Of a DNA stretch of 60,000 nt, positions 49,283-60,000 are shown in pieces. Both the position numbers and the translations under genes were made by a program. Under the pieces are notes generated by a model. It searched no databases. It saw nothing but the letters and a program-made list of their open reading frames with translations, and was not told where the DNA came from. Position 1 is the stretch's first letter, and every line of letters begins with the position of its first letter. Source of the DNA: Malacoraja senta (Eukaryota); the NCBI GenBank assembly GCA_038087875.1, contig CM075994.1:4962001-5022000 (forward strand), in the 5' to 3' direction.

Positions 49283-50286
49283 CTGTATTTCTCCTCGTTA
49301 AATACAGAGGAGAAATATGTATTTACGATACTGCCCATGTTTACCGTCGCAGACATATAATTTGGCTCCACAGATTGAAAGAGTGGAAAGCGGAAAAAAC
49401 GGATAGAGACACCGGCCAGAGCAGCTGCGAAAGGAGTATTTGTTGGACATCTTTAAATGCTCCTAAGTATAATCAAAGATTCCCAGCTCCTTTGAAGGCA
49501 ACTGTCATAATCGTCCCAAAGCAAATTAAAGTAAAGTACGTGACAATATATCCTATGCAGATACTCTGTCCTTGGACCTGTAATAACCACTGGATCATCT
49601 GATCAGCAAGAACATCTACGCCGCACCGTTATGTGTCATTCTAATCAAAGCAAACTGCATATGCATTTAGCTCGTCTCAGGTGCCTTGCTCTGAAACGGG
49701 ATTCTACATTTCCAAATCAATATACCTCAATCCATAAATATATGCGACTCGATTTCATACGCTATATTCGTCAATCTCTATGTTCCTAGCCGCAGACCAA
49801 ATTCTGACCTAATTGAATTTAGATGCTTGCAGAAGACCCAAGCATAATGGCGCAACATTGAGTGGTAGCGTATGCAGTGAACATTGTGAGCAAATCTTAC
49901 AACAGGCCCTTGGACAGCATGAGAAGTGGACTGAATATTGCCGGAATAATGTATTTTAATGCAACTGAGTGCGTACTTTTGCGTATTGAGAAGTCATACA
50001 TGGATAGAACATTCACATTGTTGATAGGGACCTTAAGAGTTTTGCAGAGCAGGGAGAATATGAGTACAGGAACATAGTTCCCTGTAATTACGTGCAGTCA
50101 GATTCAATAACGTGTTCTTACCCGCAATTATCGAACTCTTCAATAAGCCTCTGTATGGAAAACGTGCCTTCTAGATCTGACGATCTATTTCCTTGCAGTC
50201 CTTCTACCTTTTTCTCTACACATTCTCTCTAGCTACAACATTGTGATGTGCACTCTGTTCTTTTACTCCCTTCTACTAACTTGGAA

Positions 50287-50417
50287 ATATAGAAACATAG
50301 AAATAGGTGCAGGATGAGGCCATTCGACCCTTCGAGCCAGCACAGCCATTCATTGTGATCATGGCTGACCGTCCCCAATCAATAACCCGTGCCAGCCTTC
50401 TCCCCATATCGCTTGAT
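50287..50417 (-). mobile_element. CR1 3'-UTR fragment (same family as 826-6720)
   Basis: atagaaacatagaaataggtgcagga...ccattcattgtgatcatggctga...ccttctccccatatc. Confidence 0.85.
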
Positions 50418-50692
50418 ATAAACATTATGCACCTGCGTTCACTACATGGCACGCAGAACAAATATCTTATCACAATTTTGGCAATTATATGTCTAGCCTG
50501 TACTAATACCTTCACCAAACATTACATTCCTTTTGAGAAATAATGTGATTTTTGGTATTTGGTTGAATAATGCAGTCTTAAAATATATTTCATGTATATA
50601 TCGCAAGGCACGCATTTGTTATGTTCCCGCCCACTGATGCCAGAAAACACTCCGGACGGGTTAATCGTTCTAGTGGCCGTAACATAATTAAC

Positions 50693-50787
50693 GTCTGAAG
50701 AAGGGTTTCGGCCCGAAACGTTGCCTATTTCCTTCGCTCCATAGATGCTGCTGCACCCGCTGAGTTTCTCCAGCTTTTTTGTGTACT
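50693..50787 (+). ncRNA. Solo Penelope terminus with an intact minimal hammerhead motif
   Basis: gtCTGAAGAaGGGtttcggCCCGAAAcgtt followed by sequence nearly identical to 2665-2732. Confidence 0.75.
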
Positions 50788-51513
50788 ATAATATAACTCA
50801 TTTTGAAAACCATATTAAAGAAAGAAAATAATGCTTTTAGACATAGGCTTCACATTTATAGGGCGCTTCAATGAAACAGAAAGGCAGACTGTTACGTATA
50901 GCCGAGCTGCCTTGTCATGCGCAGGTTGGTACATTTCAATGGCTGTCTTAAAAATACAGATAACAGATAGAAACAGGGAAATACAATGGTGCGCTAATTA
51001 TAATAGTTTACAATCGAAATCAACGCGCGAATAAATGCGGCCAATTAGATTCCACGAAAGATATACCCTTTTTATCTCACAAAAACAACAAATGAGGGGT
51101 GTACGTTGAAAAACCTAACCAAACAAAGCATCATAATTTCAATATTTTGAAATAAAGCCGTTTAAGTGTAAATTATTCAAGGCATTAAACAACATGATGC
51201 ACAGCTATGATCGATTAGAGCGAAACAGGCAAAAAACCTACGCTTACTGTAATCAACTGGAATATGGCCATACGATAATTGGGATATCAAGGTCGGAGTA
51301 TTTCTTCTATAACTTAGATCCACACCAAATAACGTGATGTCAGTTTGACGGGAATTCAAAAGGCTATACACATTTCCAGATTTCCACATATGAGTGCATG
51401 CAATTGCCAGTGTTTAAGTGAACAGCATAGGAAAAGGGTGGCAAGAATTAAAACATTGTACTCTTATATAACAACAATCCATACGCTTTTCAAAGCGCTA
51501 TGTTACCACATAC

Positions 51514-51582
51514 TTATCAACTGATTCTCCAGTGTCCCTGATCGGTGAGGCCGTGTCAATACTCTGATGCTTCCTTCTCGTC
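51514..51582 (-). CDS. Candidate 69-nt coding exon of an unidentified minus-strand gene
   Basis: Acceptor ttttttattgaaag, donor gtatgt. Length is divisible by 3 and two frames are open (e.g. TRRKHQSIDTASPIRDTGESVD). Confidence 0.3.
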
Positions 51583-51672
51583 CTTTCAATAAAAAATGTC
51601 AACAAATCAATGCAGTGCTTCACGCTATGTTCCGTTCACGTGTGGCTTGATAAATAAATGTTGGTATCTTAC

Positions 51673-51690
51673 CTGTGTCGCTTCTGCTTC
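51673..51690 (-). CDS. Candidate 18-nt microexon
   Basis: catatttttcgcag|GAAGCAGAAGCGACACAG|gtaagat: consensus acceptor and CAG|GTAAG donor, purine-rich body, frame-preserving. Confidence 0.4.
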
Positions 51691-53465
51691 CTGCGAAAAA
51701 TATGTAAATGTGAAACGATGAAATACAATCTAGAACTTAGTAGACTGCAACTAGTTATATCTATAAGTTTGCAGTTTGATTTGCCAATTGTGATGTAATA
51801 AGATGACAGGAAATATTGACTTTCTGTCCATTAAATAACAATGAAATGCAAACCTATTACGCATATTTAATTAAATTAACCCTTTCATGGGGGCAGAAGA
51901 ATCACCTATAAACAACATTGGTTTAAAAAGAAATGCTGAAAACAAATCCATATTATCCGTATCCAAATCACTGCCTTTACACCTTTCCAATTATATCTTG
52001 CATTGTAATTTGAAATATTACTTGAGCAACATTAGTCAATGACTTCATTTACAAAATCAATTTCGTTCAAATTTGTTTCAACGTCAAAAATAAAATGTCA
52101 CTCAATCACGCAGCCCCTCGAGGCGCTTTCTTTGACAGTCCCATCTTGGACGGGTGAAATTATTTTTGTGGGCTCGTTAACGTTATGATAGAGTCCTATC
52201 TTGTAAGCGCTAATGCTTCAATCATCAATAACATTTCATGACTTCACGGAACGGAAGAAGCCTCTTTTGGCTACAACCGTAATTTCAAAGGAAATTTTGA
52301 AAAACTGAAGCAATTGGTTAAGCAGACATTTTGAGGAAGAATCAATCTGACATGTTTTATTCGTCCTCCTCTAAAGGGCGAAGTAAAATAATAAAAGTGC
52401 TTGCAAAGTAATCTTAATCTTATAAATATCAATAATGACAATAAGTGTGATTCTCCGTTTAATATTCATGCAAACATCCCCTTGAATTTATTCTATTCAG
52501 TCCCCTACAGAGACATTTAAAACAAATATATTTCATGGATATATATCTTCTAACTTCCCGAGGTACATTTTTTTTTAATATTCTAGCATTATTGGGACAT
52601 GATTCAATCGCCAAGTTTGCAATGTGTTTTGAAAGCACCACATTCTACATAACACAATGATAACTCTTCAGTTCTTTCATTGGACAATTTGCTATCAAAG
52701 CCAATGTAACGGATCTAATATGAATAAGAATACGAAATAAATCAATGGGTTGCCATTAATTTCCCTGCTTTACGTCCTTCGCGATTAAACAATGCACAGC
52801 AAATGTGTCTAATAATAATTCCAACGCATTGTGAAATAGAAACGATGATGCTCATTCATCTTTAAAGGATTGTTGAAAATTAAGGCAACATTTTAGCTGA
52901 AAATACATATCCTACATAAGGAAATTAACGTTTACGTTCAGAGAGACCAAAGAACATTAGCAATCAATACTAATTATTAATTACGTCAGCCACAGGAGAC
53001 AATAGAATCCCACCATTAAGCAATTTACGCAAATATGTTTTTTTCTGGTTGAATGCAGAATTGAGACAATCGCGAAGTTGTAATTTAGTAGAATTAATAA
53101 TTTCCTCACCGTTTGACACCTTTAACTTGAGAATTTCAATCTCTTATGAAACAAAATATCACACAATGTCAGATTCTTCCATGTGTATTAAGTAGACTTT
53201 TGAAGTATACTTCTTTAATCCTCAATAAACACAGCTATTTGTTGCATAGTGTTGAAATGATCAGACTCACACATAGAGATTAGAACCTATAGTATTTAAT
53301 TGGTAATTCTACAGAGGAACCACCATGTGCTTTCGTCTCCATGGCATGCAGCTAATCTAAGAGGGTGAGAGAGTTCGACACGCAGGTTTATGGGCGGCGC
53401 TAGGAATGAAGATCCGGAATGGACTACATTAGGGATATGCAGCATGCTTAATCTGTATGATAATA

Positions 53466-54048
53466 TCTATATACTTTTAAAACTCTGTGTGTGTGTGTGG
53501 GGGGGGGGGAGTATGTCACGTGTCATTTTGATTTTGCCTTTGCCGTTGGTCCGCGAAAACCACACGCAAAAACTCCGCTAGCGATTTCACTTTTACATTC
53601 GCATATCCACTCTCATTAAATGTAGTCATTTTTCTGTACACATTTTTAATAAAATCCATACCCCCCAACACTCACTCATTTTGTCGCCTCCTGCTGGCCA
53701 CATTCTCATCGCGTGCCGCGCGCGACCATAACGGTTGCTGCCGCCCGGCTCTCCTCCGCTTCCCCCCCACTGCTTCTCGCCGTCCTCGCTGCCGGCCCGC
53801 ACGCTTGCATTCTCCGAAAATCCCGCGCGTCAACGGTTTGTCGGCCCGCAGGAGCAGCGTCTTGAAGTCTAACGCAGCGTCTTGACGTCGTACGCAGCGT
53901 CTTGCTGTCGTACGCAACGTTTTGACGGCGTACGCAGCGTCTTGATGGCGTACGCCTAGCGCGTGGCGTTGCGCGATTACGTCAGGCCGCCCCCCCCTTG
54001 CAACCGCGCGTTGCGGGAACAGGTCCACCGGGTCTGCACTTGGTCTAG
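53466..54048 (+). mobile_element. Non-autonomous Helitron-like element
   Basis: Begins A|TCTATATAC and ends ...CTAG|T, with an imperfect hairpin (caggtccaccgggtctg) shortly upstream of CTAG. There is no TSD. Internal ~20-bp cgcagcgtcttga repeats lie at 53855-53960. Confidence 0.7.
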
Positions 54049-54364
54049 TATATTATTATAAGTCTGATCTTGACCACTTCCTGTTGTTCTTTATATTGAT
54101 TTTAGAAAAAACCCTGCCACTTACTGCTGTAATGTTTGGCCATCTTACTTAGAGTCCTCCTCCGCTATGCAGGACAAGAGGATATTTCCCATAGATTAAA
54201 AATAAAAGTGTTATTAGTGTTTAAATAAGGTTGAGATTCTCTATTTGATGGCCACGCCCCTTCCGGAGGGACTATAAAACCCGGAAGGCTCCAGTGCCTC
54301 AGTCAGTCTCTGCAAGAAGGGGGAGCGAGAAGGTCAAGTCTCTCAGTCTGGGCTGTGAATAATG

Positions 54365-55290
54365 CTTGGGGGTGATTGGTTCGAAACAAAGCACAGCAAA
54401 TGGTTGGTTTGAAACAAACCACAGCAAATGTTTGGTGGTGGTTGGTTTGAAACAAAGCACAGCAATAGGTTGGCGATGGTTGGTTTGAAGCATAGCACAG
54501 TAAATAGTTGGTGGTGGTAGCTTTGAAAAAGCACAGCAAATGGTTGGTGGTGGTTCGTTTGAAACAAAATACAGCAAATGGTTGGTGGTGGTTGGTTTGA
54601 AACAAAGCACAGCAAATGATTGGGGGTGGTTCATATGAAACAAAGTACAGCAAATGGCTGGTGGTGGTTGGTTTGAAACAACACACAGCAAATGGTTGGG
54701 GTGGTTCGTATGAAACAAAGTACAGCAGATGATTGGTGTTGGTTCGTATGAAACAAAGCACAACAAATGGTTGGTGGTGAATGGTGTGAAATAATGCACA
54801 GAAAATGGTTGGCGGTGGTTGGTTTGAAACAAGGCACAGCAAATGGTTGTGGTGGTTCGTTCGAAACAAAGCACAGCAAATGTTGGTGGTGGTTCGTTTG
54901 AAACAAAGCACAGCAAACGGTTGGTGGTGGTTGGTTTGAAACAAAGCACAGCAAATGCTTGGTGGTGGTTGGTTTGAAAAAAAGCACAGCAAATGGTTGG
55001 TGGTAGATGGTTTGAAACAAAGCACAGCAAATGGTTGCTGGTAGGTGGTTTGAAACAAGGCGCATGAAATGACTGGTGGTGGTTGGTTTTCAACATTGCA
55101 TAGCAAGTGGTTGGTGGTGGTTGGTTTGAAACAAAGCACAGCAAATGATTGGTGTTGGTTGATTGGAAATAAAGCACAGCAATGGTAGGGGTGGTTGCTT
55201 TGAAACAAAGCACAGCAAATGGTCGGTGGTGGTTGGTTTCAAACAAAGCACATTAAATGGTTGGTGGTGGATGGTTTGAAGCGGCAAATG
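54365..55290. repeat. ~38-bp minisatellite (tggttggtggtggttggtttgaaacaaagcacagcaaa)n
   Basis: Roughly two dozen diverged tandem units, visible directly. Confidence 0.95.
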
Positions 55291-55559
55291 ATTGAAAGTC
55301 TAAAGTGGAAAAAATCCTGCTTGCACTCTATATGGATTTTAGATAAAACGCTACCAATTACGGCTGTGATTGTTGGCCATCTTACTCAGACCCCCTCCGC
55401 TCATCAGGTGCAGAGGATTCTTCCCAGCAATGAAAAATAAACGTGTTATGAGTGTTTAAAAAATGTTGAGAATCTCTCTCCTGTCAACCACACCATGAAG
55501 TCCACTCCCCTTCCTGTGGGAGGGGGAGGGATTATAAAACCTGGGTTGATTATATATTA

Positions 55560-56635
55560 TCAACCCAAACCCCCCAAACAACCATTTGCAGGCCGTGCCG
55601 TTTCACTTCAACCCAAACCCCCCAAAACAACCATTTGCAGGCAGTGCCTTTTGACTTCAACCCCAACCCCCCAAACAACCATTTGCTGTCAGTGCCTTTT
55701 CACTTCAACCCAAACCCCCCAAATAACCATTTGCGGGCAATGCCTTTTCACTTCAACCCAAACCCCCCAAACAACCATTTGCAGGCAGTGCCTTTTCACT
55801 TCAACCCAAACCCCCGAAACAACCATTTGCAGGCTGTGCCTTTTCATTCAACCCAAACCCCCCAAACAACTGTTTGCAGACAGTGCCTTTTCACTTCAAA
55901 CCAACCGCCCAAAAGAACCATTTGCAGGCAGTGACTTTTCACTTCAACCCAACCCCCCCCCCCCGAACAACCATTTGCAGGCAGTGCCTTTTCACTTCAA
56001 CCCGAACCCTCCAAACAACCATTTGCAGGCAGTGTCTTTTCACTTCAACCCAAACCCCCCAAACAACCATTTGCAGCCAGTGCCTTTGTACTTCAGCCCA
56101 AACCCCTCAAACAAACATTTGCAGGCAGTGCCTTTTCATTCAACCCAAACCCCCAAAACAACTATTTACAGGCAGTGCATTTTCACTTCAACCCAAACCC
56201 CCCAAATAACCATTTGCAGGCCGTGCCTTTTCACTTCAACCCAACCCCCCAATAAAACATTTGCAGGCAGTGCCTTTTCACTTCAACCCAACCACCCCAA
56301 AACAACCATTTGCAGGCAGTGCCTTTTGACTTCAACCCCAACCCCCCAAACAACCATTTGCTGTCAGTGCCTTTTCACTTCAACCCAAACCCCCCAAATA
56401 ACCATTTGCGGGCAGTGTCGTTTCACTTCAACCCAAATCCCCCCAAAAAACATTTGCAGGCAGTGCCTTTTTACATCAACCCAAACCCCCCAAACAACCA
56501 TTTGCAGGCAGTGCCTTTTTACTTCAACCCAATCCCCCACAAACAACCATTTGCAGGCAGTACCTTTTTCCTTCAACTCAAACCCCCCAAACAAACATTT
56601 GCAGGCAGTGCCTTTTTACTTCAAACCAACCATAT
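55560..56635. repeat. ~48-bp minisatellite (cttcaacccaaaccccccaaacaaccatttgcaggcagtgccttttca)n
   Basis: About 22 tandem units; explains the repetitive ORF at 55495-56673. Confidence 0.95.
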
Positions 56636-57224
56636 TTTCATTTTCAAACCACATTAAGGGCACTCACAGTTGAGTAGATATGTGTTCAGTGTTATTCAGA
56701 GCTCAGAGAGACGTGACCCTCTGGCTTCCTCCATCTTGCAGAGACTGAGCGAGCCACACCACTTCCTGTTTGTATAGTCCCTCCCCCTCCCTCCAGCATG
56801 GGCAGCAGAGAGAATGGCAATTTCTTTTAAAAACATTAATATTTCTCTGATTTTTCATCGATGGGGAAAATCCTCTGGTTCACTAAGGCGGAGGCCGGCT
56901 CTGAGCGAGGTGGCCAAAAATGACGGCCGTAGGTGGCGGCGTTCTCTCGGAACTCACAGCACAGTGAGCCAAACGCGGTGAAGATCAGCTTTTAGTAATA
57001 AAGATATATATAGTAGAGACACACTAATGTACACATATGTTATAATTTATGAGCATAATTTCTACGATCTATTTTCTCCTTTTATGACGATGCATATCGA
57101 AGCAACCGGAAAATACAGCTAAATATGGAACGATGTTATTTCGCAAACAATTATTGGGTTCCATCACTGGAGGAATTTCAATATAGGTGAAAACAGGCGG
57201 GTGTTATGGATTAAGTAATTAATG

Positions 57225-59190
57225 TAAGTATGTTTATTGGAGAAGTATTCACATATATGACATTTGCCTTGGTGCTCCGCCCACAGGTAACAACATGACA
57301 TCCAGTGACAGTTACGAATGATACAGAAAACACAAAACATTAATAATAATAAAACATTAATGATGAAACACCATTGATCAAGCATTTGAACCAACAAAAT
57401 ACCAGATCAAAGTGAGGCTACGGATATTTGGCTGTTGAGTAGAGCAACTACTGGTGGATAAAAAAAACGGTTTTACTGTCTGGCTGTGGCAATTTTGACA
57501 GTCCTCAGTCGCCTTGCAGAAGGAAGTGATTCAAAAAGTTTATGGCCAGGGTGTGAGGGGTCACAGATTTTCTGGCCAGGTCCATTGCTGGCCCTTGCAG
57601 TGTACCGTTCACCAATGGAGGGAAGATTGCATCCAATAACCTTCTCAGCTGATCGGACGATTCTCTGCAGCCTCCAGATGTCGTGCTTAGTGGCTGAGTC
57701 AAACCAGACCGTGATGGAGAAGGTGAGAACAGACTCTACGATCGCCGTGCAGAATTGGACCATCATTGCCTGTGGCAGATTGTGCCTCCTCGGCTGCCGT
57801 AGGATGTACATCCTCTGTTGTGCCTTTTTGACTGTGGAGTGGATGGTAGCCCCCAATTAAGGTCCTTTGCGAAGATGGTTCCGTGGAAATTAAAAAAAAA
57901 TTCACAGACGTGACTGTGGTGTTCTTGATGGTGAGTGGGGTGAGGGGAGGCGCTGCTCTCCTAAAGTCTATAATCAATTCCACTGGCATAAGAGCATTGA
58001 GCTCTAGTTTGTTGCGATGGCACCAGGAAGCCAGCTATGACACTTCCTGTCTGTAGCATGATTCCTCTCCATCCTGGATCAGTCCTATCAGGATTGTGTC
58101 GTCCGTAAACTTGAGAAGCTTGACAAAGATGTTTGTGGAGGTGCAGTCGTTGGTGTAGATAGAGTAGAGGAGAGGAGAGAGTACGCAGCCTTGCGCTGCT
58201 CCTATGCAGAGCGTATGCGGTTCCGAGATGTGCTATCCCGGACTCACATGCTACTTCCTGTCTGTCACGAACCTGGTGATCTACCGACAAAGGTGTTCAG
58301 GCACAGTCAACTCGGAAAGTTTGGGGTGTAACAGCTCTGTCACAATGGTGTTGAATGCAGACCTAAAAATCAAAAAAACAGTATCCTCGCATAGGTCCCC
58401 TGGCGGTCTAGGAGCTGTAGGATGAAGTGCAGGCCCAGGTTGTCTGCATCATCCACAGATCTATTGGCCCGATATGCAAGCTGCAATTGGTCCAGCAGGG
58501 GTGTCGAGATATTATCAGCTTGACCAGCACACCGCTTTCAATTGTCTTCATGACTACAGAGGTCAGTGCTGCAGGCGTATAGTCATTAGGATAAGTAATC
58601 CGTGCCGTTTTGGGTACATGGACAATAGTGGAGACTTTGAGGCAGGCAGAGACAGTATATGTTTGCAGGGACTCTTTAAACCTGTCTGCATAGTCCGGTG
58701 CCAATTGTTTGGCACAGAGTTTGAGAGTAGAGGGGGAAACATTGTCAGGTCCTGGTGATTTCCGGCTTTTCTGTCTTCTGAAAAGCCTCTCCACCTCCTC
58801 TGTTATTATTGTTGACGAAGTGATGTTGTTCAGCAAAAAGGGTGTGCGTAATTGGGTGTGGTGCTGATTGGTGGGGGGGGTGGGTGTAGAAGGGCCCAGT
58901 CTTTGAACACTGAGTGGGTGCGAAGTGTTGGTTGTGGTCTGAATTGGTCCAGTCTTTTCAGACTGGAGTTTTGCCTGAAGTAGATGTGAAGTGGTCATGG
59001 GAAGGAGAGGATGCGGGGTCCATTCTTTGCCGACTGGCGTCTGGCTGTGTTGGTTTGGGAGGGGGGAGGGGGTACCAGGGTTACATATCTGATTTTAAAC
59101 CTGCAGTAAAATTAATTCAGGTCGTTGGTCAGCTGACGGTTGTCCAAAGAGCGGGGGTTTCCTCTTGTAGCAGGTAATTTCTTGCAAGCC
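57225..59190 (-). mobile_element. Rex1/Babar-type LINE, 5'-truncated and frameshifted
   Basis: KSPGPDNVSPSTLKLCAKQLA...NDYTPAALTSVVMK, KFTDDT, and VKKAQQRMYILR...AIVESVLTFSITVWF...RLQRIVRSAEKVIG; 3' end with aataaac at ~57230. Confidence 0.88.
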
Positions 59191-60000
59191 CTTGCAAAAT
59201 GAAGAAGAGTCACAAGCTGAGAACATGCTCCTCAACTTCTCAAAGTACCTTTCCTTGACAGCTCTGATTGCTCTTTTATATGCTCAATGTCAAACCACAA
59301 CGCTATCTTAATACAGACGATGATATTAGATGAATGTCAAGCCATACATCTTGATCTATGTGTGTAAGCGTATTCAAGAATAATTGTTGCTGATCCGATA
59401 ATGATGTTGAATGTATATTTATGTACGTTACCTATTCAGCCTTACATGCGGCATGATTAGCTTACAATCAGATGCATTTCTTCGTGAAAGTTTACTTGAA
59501 TAAAAATATATTATGTATATTCTGAAAAAATATTCAGTAATAATGTAGAAATACCTATATCTTTTGCAAGCATCTGTTTCACTATAGGAATGATTAAAAA
59601 CATCAGAGCATTATTATCGCCGATCAGTAGACAACATAAAATTAAATAAAATAAAGCAGATCGGTGCATCACATGTACAATTTCCTGGACTACATAAGTG
59701 CAAATTAAAAATGAACAAAATACGTTTATCTTAAAAGGTCTGTACTCACTGCTCTCCGCAATAAGTTTTTCCAAATCTAAAAACATTGAGTGCAAGATCA
59801 AATGACACTTAGATGAGCTATTAACAATGACTGACAGGTAAAGTGCAGTTCAATATTTTTGAATTACAAGTAACAACATTTTCTGGGTATTTACACGCAC
59901 AGATAATTTCACTATATACGTACATAACACATATACGTATTGGAGAGAGATATTTCCAACATATTTTTCTTTGAGGGTTTAGCCGTGAGAGAGACATCGA

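Larger units (their letters stand above)
54051..57000. mobile_element. Foldback/Helentron(DINE)-like composite element with long inverted arms and two minisatellites
   Basis: Terminal inverted sequences tattattataagtctgatcttgacc / ggtgaagatcagcttttagtaata. A ~200-270-bp core occurs at 54051-54320, as a direct copy at ~55335-55545, and as an inverted copy at ~56735-57000. Confidence 0.65.

Noticed and set aside
54299..55246. 315-aa and 301-aa minus-strand ORFs
   Set aside because: Products of the 38-bp minisatellite; several frames are open simply because the unit lacks stops.
55495..56673. 392-aa Cys-rich repetitive ORF that looks like a zinc-finger or mucin protein
   Set aside because: It is the translation of a stop-free 48-bp minisatellite; the frames shift between units.

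Overview
This is eukaryotic, repeat-dense genomic DNA. The repeat complement (CR1 LINEs with an SGNH-esterase ORF1, Penelope elements, V-SINE/HE1-like SINEs, Rex1/Babar, fish-type L1, DIRS, BEL/Pao, Tc1) points to a cartilaginous fish, probably a skate or ray; this is an inference. About half of the window is recognisable transposon sequence. It includes a full-length CR1 (826-6720) carrying a Penelope insertion, and a second decayed CR1 copy (28271-~32270). There are also a Harbinger relic, a BEL/Pao relic and an L1 3' fragment, a structurally complete DIRS1 element (16569-22094), a Tc1 relic, Helitron/foldback-like elements with minisatellites, and a Rex1/Babar fragment. Host-gene evidence is sparse: a probable terminal exon at 32-208 and a chain of small minus-strand candidate exons at ~50.9-51.7 kb. 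The most striking item is a pol-less Gypsy-type LTR element (42696-46635) with intact LTR/PBS/PPT signals. It carries, directly behind a gag fragment, about 1 kb of IQ-repeat coding sequence that looks captured from the host gene ASPM. Several Penelope termini carry minimal hammerhead ribozyme motifs. Family assignments come from motif recognition by eye; no database search was run.
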